Positions 1 to 12,830 of a DNA stretch of 64,000 bases are shown one piece after another (the stretch's first letter is position 1; every line of letters starts with the position of its first letter). A program made the position numbers and the translations under genes. Source of the stretch: the human T2T-CHM13v2.0 reference genome, Homo sapiens; assembly GCF_009914755.1 (NCBI RefSeq), contig NC_060935.1. The stretch is one strand, 5' to 3'. A model generated the notes under the pieces. It saw only the letters and a program-made list of their open reading frames with translations, searched no databases and had not been told where the DNA came from.

Positions 1-79
1 ACATTTATCTTATTATAAAAACTATATACGCTCACTGCATGAAATGGGGAAGGTATAATGCTAATAATTTTAATACACA

Positions 80-360
80 AAGAACTCTGCAAATTGCTAA
101 AAATAAGAACAATTCAAACATATAAAAGGCAATTTATAAAACAGGAAATGCAAATGGCTAATAAGCATACGAAAAGATGTCCAAACTCACTAGTAGATCA
201 GATAATGAAAATTACAGCAATAATATAATCCTTTTCACCCTATAAAATGACAACAAGTATCAAGATTAATAACATTGAGTACTAATAAGTGTGCAGTGAA
301 ACAGGTAGTCTCATGAATTGCTGATAGAAGTTTCAATTGCTAGCAAGTATTAGAAAACTA
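80..360 (+). mobile_element. Ancient L1M (L1ME-like) ORF2 C-terminal fragment
   Basis: ggaaatgcaaatggctaataagcatacgaaaagatgtccaaactcactagt resembles the degenerate L1 'QMANKHMKRCSTSL' region. Confidence 0.55.
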
Positions 361-1709
361 AAGTTGGGAAGAACATTTTATTTTCTTCTTTTGGGGTAAG
401 TAATACATACACATAATAAACATAATTCAAAATTCAAAATATATAAAGGACGAATAGTGAAAATTATCTTTTACACTATTATCACCTGGCTAGTTTTCAG
501 CTCTTCTCTTAGAAGGCAACTAATGCCATCATTAACTTGTAAGTTTCAATGGAGGTGTACATATGTATATGTGTATGGATGCACATACATACATTTTATA
601 TACACATATATAATATATATGTTTACTTATATATTTTCTATTCACATATACAATGCATTAACTCTCTTTTTTATGCCTATGATAGAATGTTACATTCATT
701 ATTTCACAATTTTTCTTTCACTAACCTATAGCATTCTTTATTTGGTGGTGGTATGGGAGTGGGTGCCTATTCCAATGTACAGAAGTACGTAATTTACTTG
801 CATTGTCATTTGTGACTATTGAAGCTCTTCACAATCTTTTGCTATTTTTCACTGAATAAAAACACAGATATTTAATTTCAAAATAAAAGAAGAAAGCAAA
901 ATTTTACATTAAAAAGATATCGCTGAAACAAATTCCAGAGCTGATGAATGCAAGGAATGAAATTTTAAAAATGCATCAGAAAGCATCAACAACATGTAAA
1001 ACACAGGAATTAATATAGTAGTTTTCTCAATTTACATTAATAGATTTTATGGATATATCAAAATATATAAAATACTAACATTGACCAACAATAACAGAAA
1101 AATCTATACAAGCAATTACTATAGAAACAGTTAAGAAATATATTTTTAAAATTTCCCATTATCTTTATTCACCATTTCAACTTTCAATTACCTCCTTTGC
1201 CAAAATAAAAGTAAGACAACAGAAAGATTTTATACGTGAATGCTCACAAATTTTTCAATGAACAAATAATTCTGAAGCTATTTAATCTATTTTAAGAAAC
1301 AGAGAGGAAAGGAATGTTCTGAAACTATTGTTATGGAAAGGCAGAACAGGGACTGTAAAAATCTATATTTAATAACATTTATAAATATGATACAAAGAGC
1401 AAAATTATAATACCATACATGTAGATATTAACCATGTTAAACAATATTATTTGTCATTATGTGTAAATAGAGTACATATGGGTAAGTATATTAAAACATG
1501 TCTAAGAAATTACATCAGGAAAATGGTGGAAAAGAAGTTTTCTACCATAACTTCCAATAGAAGCATCAATTTTGACAAACATCAATGAAACAGAATGCCT
1601 TTATGGGAGCCTGGGGGGTCCAGCAGAGAAGTTCCAGTACACCATTGTAACAAAATTCTCGAGAATAGGTGCACTGAAGAGGTTAAGAAGAAGAGTTTCA
1701 CTTTACCTG

Positions 1710-2472
1710 TATCGATGAAAAGAGTCGAACTCTGTAAAATATTTTAAGAGATTTATTCTGAGCCAAATATGAGTGACCATGGCCCATGACACAGCCCTCA
1801 GGAGGTTCTGAGAACATGTGCCCAAGGTGGTCGTGTTACAGCTTCGTTTTATGCATTTTAGGGAGGTAAGAGATATCAATAAAATACATTTAAGAATTAC
1901 ATTGGTTTGGTTCAGAAAGGTGGGACAACGCAAAGCGGGGCTTCCAGGCTATAGGTAAATTTAAACATTTTTCTGGTTGACTATTGGTTGAGTTTATCTG
2001 AAGACCTGGGATTAATAGAAGGGAAATGTTTCGGTTAAGATATAGGATTGCAGAGACCAAGTTTTACTGCACAGAGAAATCTCTCAGATAGAAGACTTCA
2101 GAGAGACCAGGTTGTAAAATGTTTCCTATTGGACCTAAAAGGGCGCCTGGCTCTTAATTGATTATCTCTTGGATCTGGAAAGGAAGAAAGAAAAACAAAG
2201 AGTAAAGGGGATTCTCTGTAGAATGTGGATTTTTTTCCCACAAGCGATGGCTTTGCAGGGCCATTTCAAGATATGGCAGAGAAAGACGCTTTGGGGTAAA
2301 ATATTTCGATTTTCTTCCTTTTTATGCCAGAGTCAGATTGCAAAGTAAGTCACAATATACAGGATTAAAATAAACCCCATCTGATGAGAATTTCTGGTTT
2401 GCAGGGCATGACTCCCCAGGCTCCTTAGATCGGAATTTGAGCAAGATCAAAAAAATCAGAGCTTAGTCCTCA
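1710..2472 (-). mobile_element. Solo ERV1 LTR, MER4 group (MER4E/MER4E1-like)
   Basis: Minus strand begins TGAGGACTAAGCTCTGATTTTT; plus strand has gatgaaaagagtcgaactctgtaaaatatt...ctgagccaaatatgagtgaccatggccc; 4-bp TSD CCTG at 1706-1709 and 2473-2476. Confidence 0.85.
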
Positions 2473-3685
2473 CCTGCCTCATACCTCCCACTAAGGTAGT
2501 ACAGCTCTGTACCAAAAGAGACCCGCTTTTGCCCAAAATTTATCCCATGGCAATCAGTACAAGCATAGTGAGGGGCACCAGTATGCCCAGCCATGCTGGA
2601 TGCTGCCCAAGAGGCCCATTCTTTCCATGCCTCACCCAGAACACTGAGGTGATTAGCAGAGTTGAGTGGTTGGGAGAGTCTGGGAGCAGGGAAGAGAGGT
2701 GGGAACTAACAGAAATCAGGGCGCAGAACCAAACACAGAGCCATGGATCCTACTCACTGCTTCAGAGACGTTTTCAGGAAGCCTGCCTATAAGCTGCTTG
2801 AGATGCCTCATTCATGGAATGGCCCCTTTCCACCCCCGCCAATGCTCTGTGTGCTTCCTTCATACCTGTGACCAGCTCCCCATGCACACCACCATGGATA
2901 GCAAGCGTGAGTGTCTTGCAGATGGCTTGTGTACATGTGGTGACCACTAGGCTGAAGATGTGAGACTGGGAGAAGAAACACAAACTTAACCACATCGGGG
3001 CACCACCCTAAGGAAAACAAATGGAAGCTCTCAGGACCCAGCTTGCCTTTACAGGACTGAGAGGAGGCATATGAACTTATAAATTATCCTCCAAGAGGAA
3101 ACATGAGGTGTGGAGCAGGCATATCCATAGAAGAGATCCTAGAGAGCCTCAGAATCCCTAGCCAGGTTTTTGATGAAAGCAGTCTCTTCTGTGGTCAGTC
3201 AGCGAAGACTGGAGGAGATGACTGCTTTTTCAAATGCAAAGACATCCACAATAATTCAAGTAACATAAAAAAATCAAGGAAACATGACACCAGCAAAGGA
3301 ACACAATAGTTTTCCCAAAATCTATCCCCTCCCTCAAATGAAGTTCTACAAATTGCCTGACAAAAAACATAACTGTTTTGAGGAAGCTCAGTGAGTTACA
3401 TGAGAAAACAGATAGACAACTAAATGATTCAGAAAAGTAATACAGAGACAGAATCAGAAATTCAACAAGTATAAATCATTTTAAAATAAAACAGAAATTC
3501 CAGAGCTGATGAATACAATAAATAAAATTTAAAAATGCAACAGCATAATCAACAGACTTAATCAAGCAGAATAAAGAACCTGTAAACTTGAAGACAGGCC
3601 ATTTTAAATTATCAGTCAAAGAGGAAAAAGAAGAGAGAACAAAAGAGAATTTAAAAAACCCTAAGATATTTATAAAACATCATCA

Positions 3686-3769
3686 AGAGAACTAATTTAC
3701 AGGTAATGGAACTCTCAGGAGGAGAAGAGAGAACTAATTTACAGGTAATGGAACTCTCAGGAGGAGAAG
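3686..3769. repeat. Perfect 42-bp tandem duplication inside old L1 ORF1
   Basis: agagaactaatttacaggtaatggaactctcaggaggagaag x2. Confidence 0.95.
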
Positions 3770-4436
3770 AGAGAGAGAAAGAGGACAAATTCTTATTTAA
3801 GAAACAATGACTGCAAAGTTCCCATAACTGGGGAGAGGTATAGACAGGGACAATAAGCTTAAAGATTCCTAAACAGTTTTAACCTAAAGAGAAATTCACT
3901 GAGACACACTACAGTCAAACTATTACAATTAAACTCTCAACAATCCAAGACTAAGAAAGAATTTTAAATGCAAAAAGAGAATACTTTACATACAAGAAAA
4001 CCACCATAAGACTATCAATGTATTCTTAGCACAAAACTTGCAGGCGAGGAGAAAATAAGATAATATTTTTAAAGTGCTGAAAAACAAAACAAAACAAGCT
4101 TCAAACCAAGAATACTGAAGCAGTCCTTCAGGAATAAAAGAGATTAATGCTTTTCCACAGAAATAAAAGCTGGTGATGAAGGAGTTCAACACCACTCAAC
4201 CTGTCTTACAAAAAATGCTAGAGAAGTACTTTAAACTGAAAAAAGAACATGAATTACTAACACTAAAACATATAAATGTATAGAACTCACTGATAAAAGT
4301 AACTGCATTCTCAAATTTAGAATGATTAAATACAGTAATGGTATAGTATAAATCACGTTTAACTCTAATATGAAAATTAAAAGGAAAAGGTATTAAAAAT
4401 AACTATTGCTACCACAACTTGTTAGTGAATACACAA

Positions 4437-4584
4437 CGTGCACCTGTAATCCCAGCTATTTGGGAGTCTGAGGCAGAAGAATGGGTCGAACCAAGAGGTG
4501 GAGTTTGCAGTGAGCCCAGATCACTGCCACTGCACTCCAGCCTCAGCAACAGAATGAGACTCTGTCTCAAAAAAAAAAAAAAAA
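4437..4584 (+). mobile_element. 5'-truncated Alu (right monomer only, AluS-like)
   Basis: cacctgtaatcccagctatttggg...cactgcactccagcct...gagactctgtctc followed by A16. Confidence 0.9.
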
Positions 4585-4616
4585 GTGTGAATTATGACAT
4601 TAAAAACGTAAAAGGT

Positions 4617-4904
4617 GGCCAGGCGCGGCGGCTCACGCCTGTAGTCCCAGCACTTTGGGAGGCAGAGGAGGGCGGATCACAATGTCAGGGGATCGAGACC
4701 ATCCTGGCTAACATGGTGAAACCCCGTCTCCACTAAAAATACAAAAAATCAGCCGGGCGTGGTGGCGGGCGCCTTTAGTCCCAGGTTCTGAGGAAGCTGA
4801 GGTAGGGGAATGGCGTGAACCCATGGGGCAGAGCTTGCAGTGAGCCGAGATTGCGCCACTGCACTACAGCCTGGGAGACAGAGCAAGATTCGGCCTCAAA
4901 AAAA
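4617..4904 (+). mobile_element. Full-length AluY-like SINE
   Basis: gagaccatcctggctaac, ggcgtgaaccc, gagcttgcagtg diagnostics; 15-bp TSD aaaaacgtaaaaggt at 4602-4616 and 4905-4919. Confidence 0.92.
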
Positions 4905-5039
4905 AAAAACGTAAAAGGTGAGGGGGAATAAAAGTGCAATTTATTTGTAACAAAAGAGCAACTATTTAGAAAAAAATTTAGAAAAACAGTTCAGAAAATA
5001 AAACTAGTTTATGAAACAGTGTTTTTAAAAAAGTGGCTT

Positions 5040-6575
5040 AAAAACTACTAAAAAACTATTAGAAATAATGAACAAATTCAGTAAACTTACAAGATATGAA
5101 ATCAGCATAAAATGTCAGCTGTAATTCTGTGCACTAGCAATGAACTATCTGAAAAAATTAAGAAAATCACATTTATAAAATCAAAATAGTATCAAAAATA
5201 GTAAAATACTTAAGAATAACTTTAAGGAGGGGAAATATCTATACAGGGAAATCTATAAGACAGTGATAAAATAAATTGATAAATAAAACACATTAATAAA
5301 TGAAGCATAGATAAATGAAAAATTCTTCTGTGTTCGTGGGTTGAAAGAATTAATATTAACCTCTTCATATTACCCAAAGGAATATACATATGAAATGCAA
5401 TCCATATAAAAATTCCAAAGGCATTTTTCACAGAAATAGAACAAAAAATATCTTAAACCTTGTATGGAATCACAATAGACTTTGAATAGCTGAAGCAATA
5501 TTGAGGAAGAACAAAGTCAGAGGCAACATACTTCATAATTACAATGTTTTTGATTATATTACAAAGCTATAGTAATCAAAATAGTATTGTGCTGGCATAA
5601 AAGTAGACACATAGACCAAAGGAATGAAATGCACAGCTCAAGAATAAACCCTTGCTTGTACAGTCAATGAATCTTCAACAAGGCACTATGCATAGTCAAT
5701 GGGAAAAGAGTAGTCTCTTTAATAAATAATGTGGAAAAAATGGATATCCACAGTCAAAAGAAAGAATTGGATACCTCTGTTATAACACTCACAAAAATTA
5801 AATCAAGCTGAATTAAAGGCTGAAGTAAAACTTGAAACCATAAATCTCCTAGAAAAAAATAGGAGAAAAGCTTCTTTAAATTGTTGATATTGTTTTTGGA
5901 TATGACAACAAAAGCACAGGCCACAAAAGCAAAAACATAAGTGGGGCTACATCAAACTAAAAAGTTTCTGCATAATAAAGGAAACAATTGACAAAATAGA
6001 AGATGAAAATGAAAAGCAGCCTATTAACTTGGAGGAAATATATAAGTCATTAAGATATAAAATATATATGAAACTTACACAACTTAAATGAATAAAAAAA
6101 ACCTGTTTATAACATGAATAAGAACTAAAATAGATTTTCTTTTTACAAAAAAGGCATTAAAAATGGCCAACAGTTATATCAAAAGTTGTTAAATGTTACT
6201 ATTCATTGGGTAAATGCAAATGAAAACCACAACGAGATATTACCTTACAACTTTTACAACGGCTATTATAAACAAAGTGAAAAGACATCAAGTGTGGGTG
6301 AGCATGTGGAGAAAAGGAATCGTTGGTGGGCATGTAAATTGGTAAATTCACCATGGAAAACATTATGTGTGATCCTCAAGAATTCAAAAATAGAAATACT
6401 ATAAGATCAAGCAATCTCAATTGTAGGTATATAGTAAAAGAAAATAATATCATGATCCCAAAGAGATATCTGCACTCCAATATCCATTGCACTATTATTT
6501 GCAATAGTAAAGATATGGAAACAAATTAAGTGCCCATCAAGGGATGAAGGGATAAAGAAAATGTGGAATAAGTTC
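5040..6575 (+). mobile_element. Old L1M ORF2 3' portion (degenerate)
   Basis: attcagtaaacttacaagata, tattacaaagctatagtaatcaaaatagtattgtgctggcata, actacatcaaactaaaaagtttctgcat, aaatgcaaatgaaaaccacaacgagata. Confidence 0.85.
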
Positions 6576-7863
6576 AATAAGATGTCCAACTAGAAGTTCC
6601 TACCACTCATCTTCCCCAATAAAAACAAACAAAACTATGAATAAACAACTACGTTTGGTGAAAGTAACTAAAGTACAGTGCCAGTGTAGAGCAAAGAAGT
6701 AGCGGAAATTTTGAGGAGCAAAGAAAGACTGGATGGCTGCATAGGGAAGGGAATAAAACATTTTACCTCTTTCACGGAAACCCCAAGTCAGGATCAGCTT
6801 GGAACCAGGAGGGACTTCTCCCTGAGGGGAAAAGCTAAACAGGAACTCAGCAGATTTCATCACCATTGCAGATACCAACAGTCTTTTTAAAGACTCCTGC
6901 ATTCCTCACATACACTGAGCCCAACTGAGATGCTCCCCAAAGTCCACATGGCTATGCTCCCAACAAAAAATGAGCCAGTGCTGTGCCTCTTCCACCACAG
7001 CCCAAGCTGCTATTGTGCTGTGCCATCTTAGAAGCAGAGCCACAGTGAGTGTGTCCTGCCTTGGAAGACAGTAGCCACTTTACTCTTCCATTCCAAAGAC
7101 TTTATCAACTCTGCACCACACCCGCCCAGTGGCCCACCATCCTTAAGTTGAGCTGCTGCTACACCCTGCCCTGTGAGGCCAAGCTGTCATAAAGTCACTC
7201 AATCTTCTCCATTCCATTTTTTTGTTGGTCCCTGCCCTTCACTGCCTGAGCTGAGGTGATGCCCCACCTCCCAGGGAATATATGCATTGGCCAAGAAGAG
7301 TAGTCACATCTTCTAGCACTTGACTGAAAGTGGCACCTCCCTTCTTGAATGGGTGCCTTGTCCATCTAGAGAACTCACAGCCCCTAGTGCTTGAGTTGAG
7401 GTAGTACCCTGCCCCCCAGCAAACAGGTGCCTTGGACAAGAAGAGCAGTCACACTCTGGTGCCTGAGTGACATGGCGCTCTGCCCCCTAGAGAGTAGAAG
7501 CCTTGTGCTAAATGAACAGGTTTCCTCCCAGGGCTGAGCTGATTCCTCAACCCACACTGCAGAGAAATAGAGCCTTGGTTGAACTAGGCCGCTTTGCCAA
7601 CTGAACTGAAACCTGTAGCACTCTGCTTTCCACCAAAGGAAAAAAATAATCTCCAGTAATGGTTTCAAAGACAAAGGAATTTACAAACTGTCAGAAAAGA
7701 AATTCAAAATAATGATATTGAAGGAACTCAGCAAGATACAAGAGACTACACATAGACGATTCAAGGAAATCAGGAAAACAATTCATAATCTGAATGTGAA
7801 ATTCAACAAAGAAACATACATAATCAAAAAGAACCTAACAAAAACCTTGGACTTGAAGAATTC

Positions 7864-8005
7864 TCTTTTTTTTAAATTATATTTTTCTAGAAATGAGGTC
7901 TCACTGTATTGCCCAGGCTTGTCTCAAACTCCTGGGCTCAAGTGGTCTTTCTGCTTCGGCCTCCCAAAGTGGTGAAATTACAGGTGTGAGCCACTGGGCC
8001 CAACC
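7864..8005 (-). mobile_element. FLAM_C / AluJ left-monomer SINE
   Basis: gaggtctcactgtattgcccaggct...ctcctgggctcaagtg...tgagccactgggcccaacc; degenerate TSD ttgaagaattc / ttgaataattc. Confidence 0.85.
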
Positions 8006-8458
8006 TTGAATAATTCAATAGAAATAAATAAAAAGGACAACCAAGAGCTTCAACAGCAGACTAGATTAAGTAGAAAGAACAATCAGTAAATTTTAAGATC
8101 AATCTTTTAAAATTACCTAGAGAGAAAAACTTGAAAAATAATGAGAAAGCATAAAGGAAGCCCATTGGACTTATGGGACCCCATTAAGTGAAAACATACA
8201 TTTTTGCATTATGGAAGTTCCAGAGGACAGAGACAAAAAAAGTACAGAAAGTTTATTTAATGAAATAATTGCTGAAAAATTCCCAAGTCTTGGGAGAGAT
8301 ACGAACATCAAGATCTATAAAGCCTTAAAGTCAGCAAACAAGTTCAACTCAAAGAGGTAATCACTGTGGCATATTACAATCAGAGAATTATAAAAGCATC
8401 AAAAGAAGACAACATGTCATATACAAAGGAATTTTTATTAGACTATCAGTAGACTCCT

Positions 8459-8462
<4 letters not shown>

Positions 8463-8489
<27 letters not shown>

Positions 8490-8510
8490 CCAAACAAACA
8501 AACAAAAACC
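8463..8510. repeat. A27 + (CAAA)n tract inside L1 ORF1
   Basis: Uninterrupted A27 at 8463-8489 followed by ccaaacaaacaaacaaaaacc. Confidence 0.9.
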
Positions 8511-9839
8511 TTGCAAGACAGGAGAGAATGGCATATAAATCATAACATCGAAAATACAAATTTTGGGAGGACACTAAAAGTCCAGAGATTTTGTATGTGA
8601 CCAAAGTTAAATTTTTATCAACTTATAAGGTATTTTACAAAAGCTTCATGGTAGCCACAAAACAAAACAACATAGGGTATACATAAATGATAAAGGGAAT
8701 AGAATTAAAAGCTTAGCAGTACAGAAAATCAGCAAATCACAAAGGCAGACCACAGAAGAAGGAAACAAAGGTTCTACAAAACAACTAGAAAACAAGTTAC
8801 AAAATGGCAGCAGTAATTCCTTATATATCAATAACAGCTTTTAATGTAAATGGCTTACATTTGCCAATCAAAGGATATGGAGTGGCTGAATGAATTAAAA
8901 AAAAATACTAACTGTATGCTGCCTATAAGAGGCCCACTTTAACTTTTAGAACACACATAGGCTGAATGTAAATGGAAGAAGGCATTCCATGCAAACAACT
9001 ACCAAAAGACAGCAGGGGTGGCAATATTTATATCAGATAAAATAGATTTTAAGGCAAAAACTATCACAAGAGAAATAAACATTTACTAGTTAATGAGAGG
9101 GGTCAAATCATCAAGAAGTTATAGCAATTGTAAATACATATGCATCCAAAATAAGAGCACCTAAATACATAAGGCAAATATTAATGGACAAGAAAGGAGA
9201 AATGGATAACAGTAATAATAGGTAATTTGGATACTCCACTTTCAATCATGAACAGATCAACCAGATGCAAAATTAACAAAGAAATACTAGACTTGAACTA
9301 CACTTAAGACAAAAATCTATCCTACAGACATACAGAACTTTTCATCCAATAGCAGCAGAATATATATTCTTATCTAGTGCACATGAAGCATTCTCCAGGA
9401 TAGACCACAGTAGGGCATCAAACAATTTTTAACAAACTTAAGAATATTAAAATGATGTCACTATGATTTTCAGGTACAATATTATGAAAGTAGAAATCAA
9501 GAGGAGAAATTTTGAAAAATTCATAAATATGTAGAAATTAAATAACATTCTCCTGAAAAATCAATGAGTCAAAGAAAAAATCAAAAGGGAAATAAAAAAA
9601 TAACTTGAGACAAATGCCAATGGGAACACAGAATACCAAAATCTATGGGATGCAGCCAATGCAGTTACAAAAGGAAAGTGTATAGCAGTAAATGCCCACA
9701 TTAAAAGAGAAAAATAGATCCCAAATAAATAGCCTACCATTATACCTCAAGAAACTACAATTTATTGTTACTTTGGAATAAGTTTCATATGTAATCAGTG
9801 TGTTAAATTTCTAACTATTCAAGAATTGGTATTGATTTT

Positions 9840-11975
9840 CTGTAGGGCTAATATTTGAATCCATTCCCTTTATCATTTGTGTATATGCTATATATTTTTT
9901 TGGCCTTGTAGCTACCATGAAACTTACATAAACACATGTTATAGTTGTACTGGACCATATTAAGCTGATTAATTTAATTTTAATCCCATACTAAAACTTT
10001 GGACTTTTACCTCCCCACAAAATTTATATTTTCGATGTCACAATTTACATCCTTTTATGTTGTATATTTATCAACAAAATAATTGTAGCTATAGTTGATT
10101 TTACTATTTTGACTTTTAACATGCATACTAGAGGTATAAATAATTTACACTTAATCATTACAATAGTGGGGTATCTGAATTTGACTATATATTTATCTTT
10201 ACCAGTGAGTTTCAGTTTCATATGTTCTTATGTTAGCAATCAGTGTCCTTTCATTTCTACCTGAAGAACTTCCTTAAGTATAGCAATATTTGCCTATTGC
10301 TGGATAATTATGGTGTTGCTTTGAAGATGTCATATTTCCTTGCTTTTTCATGTGTCCTTCTGTTGGTATCTGGACATGTGGTATAAAGTCATTTCTTCAT
10401 ATGTTTAAATTTCCTATCACAGAGGAGGACTTTCCTGAAGATGTATCTTTGGTGTTGGTTAAGTAGGGCACTTTGGCTTTTATTCTGGTTGTGTGCAATA
10501 GTGTAATCTTTGAATTATTTCTTTGGTTATAAACAGAATTAGTGGTATCTGTGATTTCTCTGGTGGGTTAGGGTGCAGTTATTAGAGGAGGCTGTGGTGA
10601 AGGTATGCAGTGGACTGGCCAGTCTTCAGGGTTTCATGGTGTCAGCAGGGGGCTGAGCATACTTGTCCTTGTGCCCTAGGGCAGTGTACGCTGTCACTGG
10701 TGTTGGTGATTACTGGGCTGCTCAAATGTCAGTAGTGGTAAAAGTGAATCTGGTGGGCGGGCAGGTTTTGGGACCCTGGGAAGCTGCTGTGGCCTGAGAG
10801 ATGGCAGTAGCAGTGGCTGGATGATTCTGTGAGTCTGGAGCCTTGTGTGTTGAGTTGGCGGTGGCTGCCATGGGCTGGGTGGGCCAGTCTTCAGGCTCAC
10901 AAGTGGTTCTTGCAGGTTGGTGCAGCTGAGACGGTAGTAGTGAGAAGTTTAGGCCCAACCTCAGGCCTGGAGAAAAGTGCCCAGGTAACCCAAATGGTGG
11001 ATTGGTTTGGACAATCCCAGGACCCCAGCTATGTGCTCTATCTTGAAGCAGGGTAGGGGATGGTTAAAACCAAAACCAGGGTAGGCAGACTTATGTTCAG
11101 GCCCCCCAGTGGTGACAGCAGATACCAGCCATGGTGACCAGGGCCAGGCCATCCTCAGGCCCCAGGAAGAATATGTGAGTCAACTACCACTGGAAAGGGT
11201 AGGGCCTGCCTCAGTGGCCACAGCCTGGGCTGGAGGGTAGGGAATGCCTGTCCCTCTCATGACCCATCCTTGGTGGCAGGCAGTAGGCCACACCTAGTTT
11301 GCACCTCAATCCCACCTGCAGGAGTCCCTGGCCAGCTCACAATTAAAATCAGGAAACAACCTGGGGACCTTGGCAACCCAGTCTAAGTCCCCAGGGTGCT
11401 TGCTCACTTCTCAGCCTCAGCTTTGAGAGCTCATTCCCCGCTTGTGCCCTCATCCCAGCAGTAACAGCATGAGTTTCCTTATTGCCTCAGTCCTGGCACC
11501 ACTGGGCCCCTGCACAGTGTGCGTTCTCTTAAAAGCTAGAATGCAAAATGGTACCTCACTCTAGCCACCTAGGTCTCAGAAAGGATGTGGGACCCAGAGT
11601 GAGCTGCCTCCCTGGAGCAGTTCTGTCCAACAGGCTCCTGCTTGCTCCATATGTTGTTTTCAGGACTTAGGAGGGTCCAGGGGTTCTCCCATGGCCAGGA
11701 TCGCACAAATCCCCCCTGGGGATATGGGCCACTGGAGATCTTTAACTTACCTTTTCCTCATGTTGAGAACTCATTTTTAGCTCTGAGCTGATCCCAGCCA
11801 AGTGGGCTGCTTTTCTTCCTTCTCCTTCCTTGCTTTTGGGGTTTCCTGTCACTTTTCTGTTGAATTCCAGTGTCTTCTCTTCGATAATGTACTTGAAGTG
11901 TGATTGTCCATCCAGATTTTGGTTAAGTGGAGGATGCAAGGTGAAATGCTTCTAGTCAAACATCTTGAAGCCCCT
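9840..11975 (-). mobile_element. Old L1M 5' portion (5'UTR plus partial ORF1/inter-ORF), antisense
   Basis: Ends in gcttctagtcaaacatcttgaagccc (reverse complement of L1 5' aagatg..gactagaagc); tttcttcctttctcc..ggggtttcctgtcacttttctgttgaattccagtg typical of L1M 5'UTR. Confidence 0.75.
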
Positions 11976-12621
11976 CTCTAGTGTCTAATTGAATATTAAA
12001 TAAATTATGTCCATTTTCACCCATAAAACAGTGATTTCTATAGCAATTTTCCCCACACTGTAATCATGTAGCAAATAAAGTAAAACATATAGAACAAAAG
12101 GTTTCAGACATTAGATGAGAGGCAGTAAATTTCTGTGATTCTGGGGATAAGGATAACATTTAAAATCAGCCTTGCAATTGTTCCAGCTTACTGCCTAGAA
12201 TGAGTTTCCAGGTAACAGCACAGGAGACAGGATTTCAGAAAGACCCTGATACACTTTCCTATACCAAAACATTTATTATACGTTTTTTAAAAATCATCTA
12301 ACTTATTAACTCAAGTATAAGCTGAAATAGGGCAGAAAAATGCCAGTATTTATCCACCCTCAGAATCAGGTTTTCCATGCAATACTGGTACTTGGTAGGT
12401 AACGAAGAAATATTTGATAGAAGAATAAAGTAAAATAGCCACAGGTTCTAGATAATCTTTATATTGGTACAGTTGGCTCATGATTAATTGGCTTGATTGT
12501 TCTGAAGAACCCCAACACTGTTGTTTTAAGAATGAAAATCTCGAAAGAGTCTCTTGCCAACTACAACGTGGAGGGCGTGCATCCTAAACTTGAGAAAAAG
12601 AGACAGGGAGAAAAGAAAAAA

Positions 12622-12830
12622 AGCAACATTTATGGAGCACCTAGTATGTGCCAGTAACTTTATACACATTGTTGTATTTTCCCCTCACCAGAATTTTTCA
12701 CGGCCAATGCTAATATGAGCAACCCCAGTTTACAGTGAAGAAGCTGAGGCACAGAGAAGTGGCAAAGGCAATCTTTCCTATTACCATTTAGGTAGTAAGT
12801 TTAATAGATGGACTTTGAACCTATATTTGA
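12622..12830 (-). mobile_element. MIR
   Basis: catttatggagcacctagtatgtgccag...cccagtttacagtgaagaagctgaggcacagaga core. Confidence 0.75.

Larger units (their letters stand above)
1505..4960 (+). mobile_element. Old L1M (L1MA-like) 5'UTR + ORF1 + inter-ORF remnant, interrupted by an LTR and two Alus
   Basis: L1 5' end-like start at ~1510; ORF1-type text aaaatcaaggaaacatgacaccagcaaaggaacacaat (~3270), agacttaatcaagcagaa, accaccataagactatca; many stops. Confidence 0.7.
6575..9760 (+). mobile_element. Second old L1M: 5'UTR, ORF1 and endonuclease part of ORF2
   Basis: aagatgtccaactagaag start and GC-richer 5'UTR; ORF1 ILKELSKIQE (7712 ORF); ORF2 start region atggcagcagtaattccttatatatcaataac...aatgtaaatgg; EN motif cattctccaggatagaccac. 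Confidence 0.8.

Noticed and set aside
457-792. Hydrophobic 111-aa ORF
   Set aside because: Arises from TA/CA-rich low-complexity sequence, probably inside an old L1 relic.
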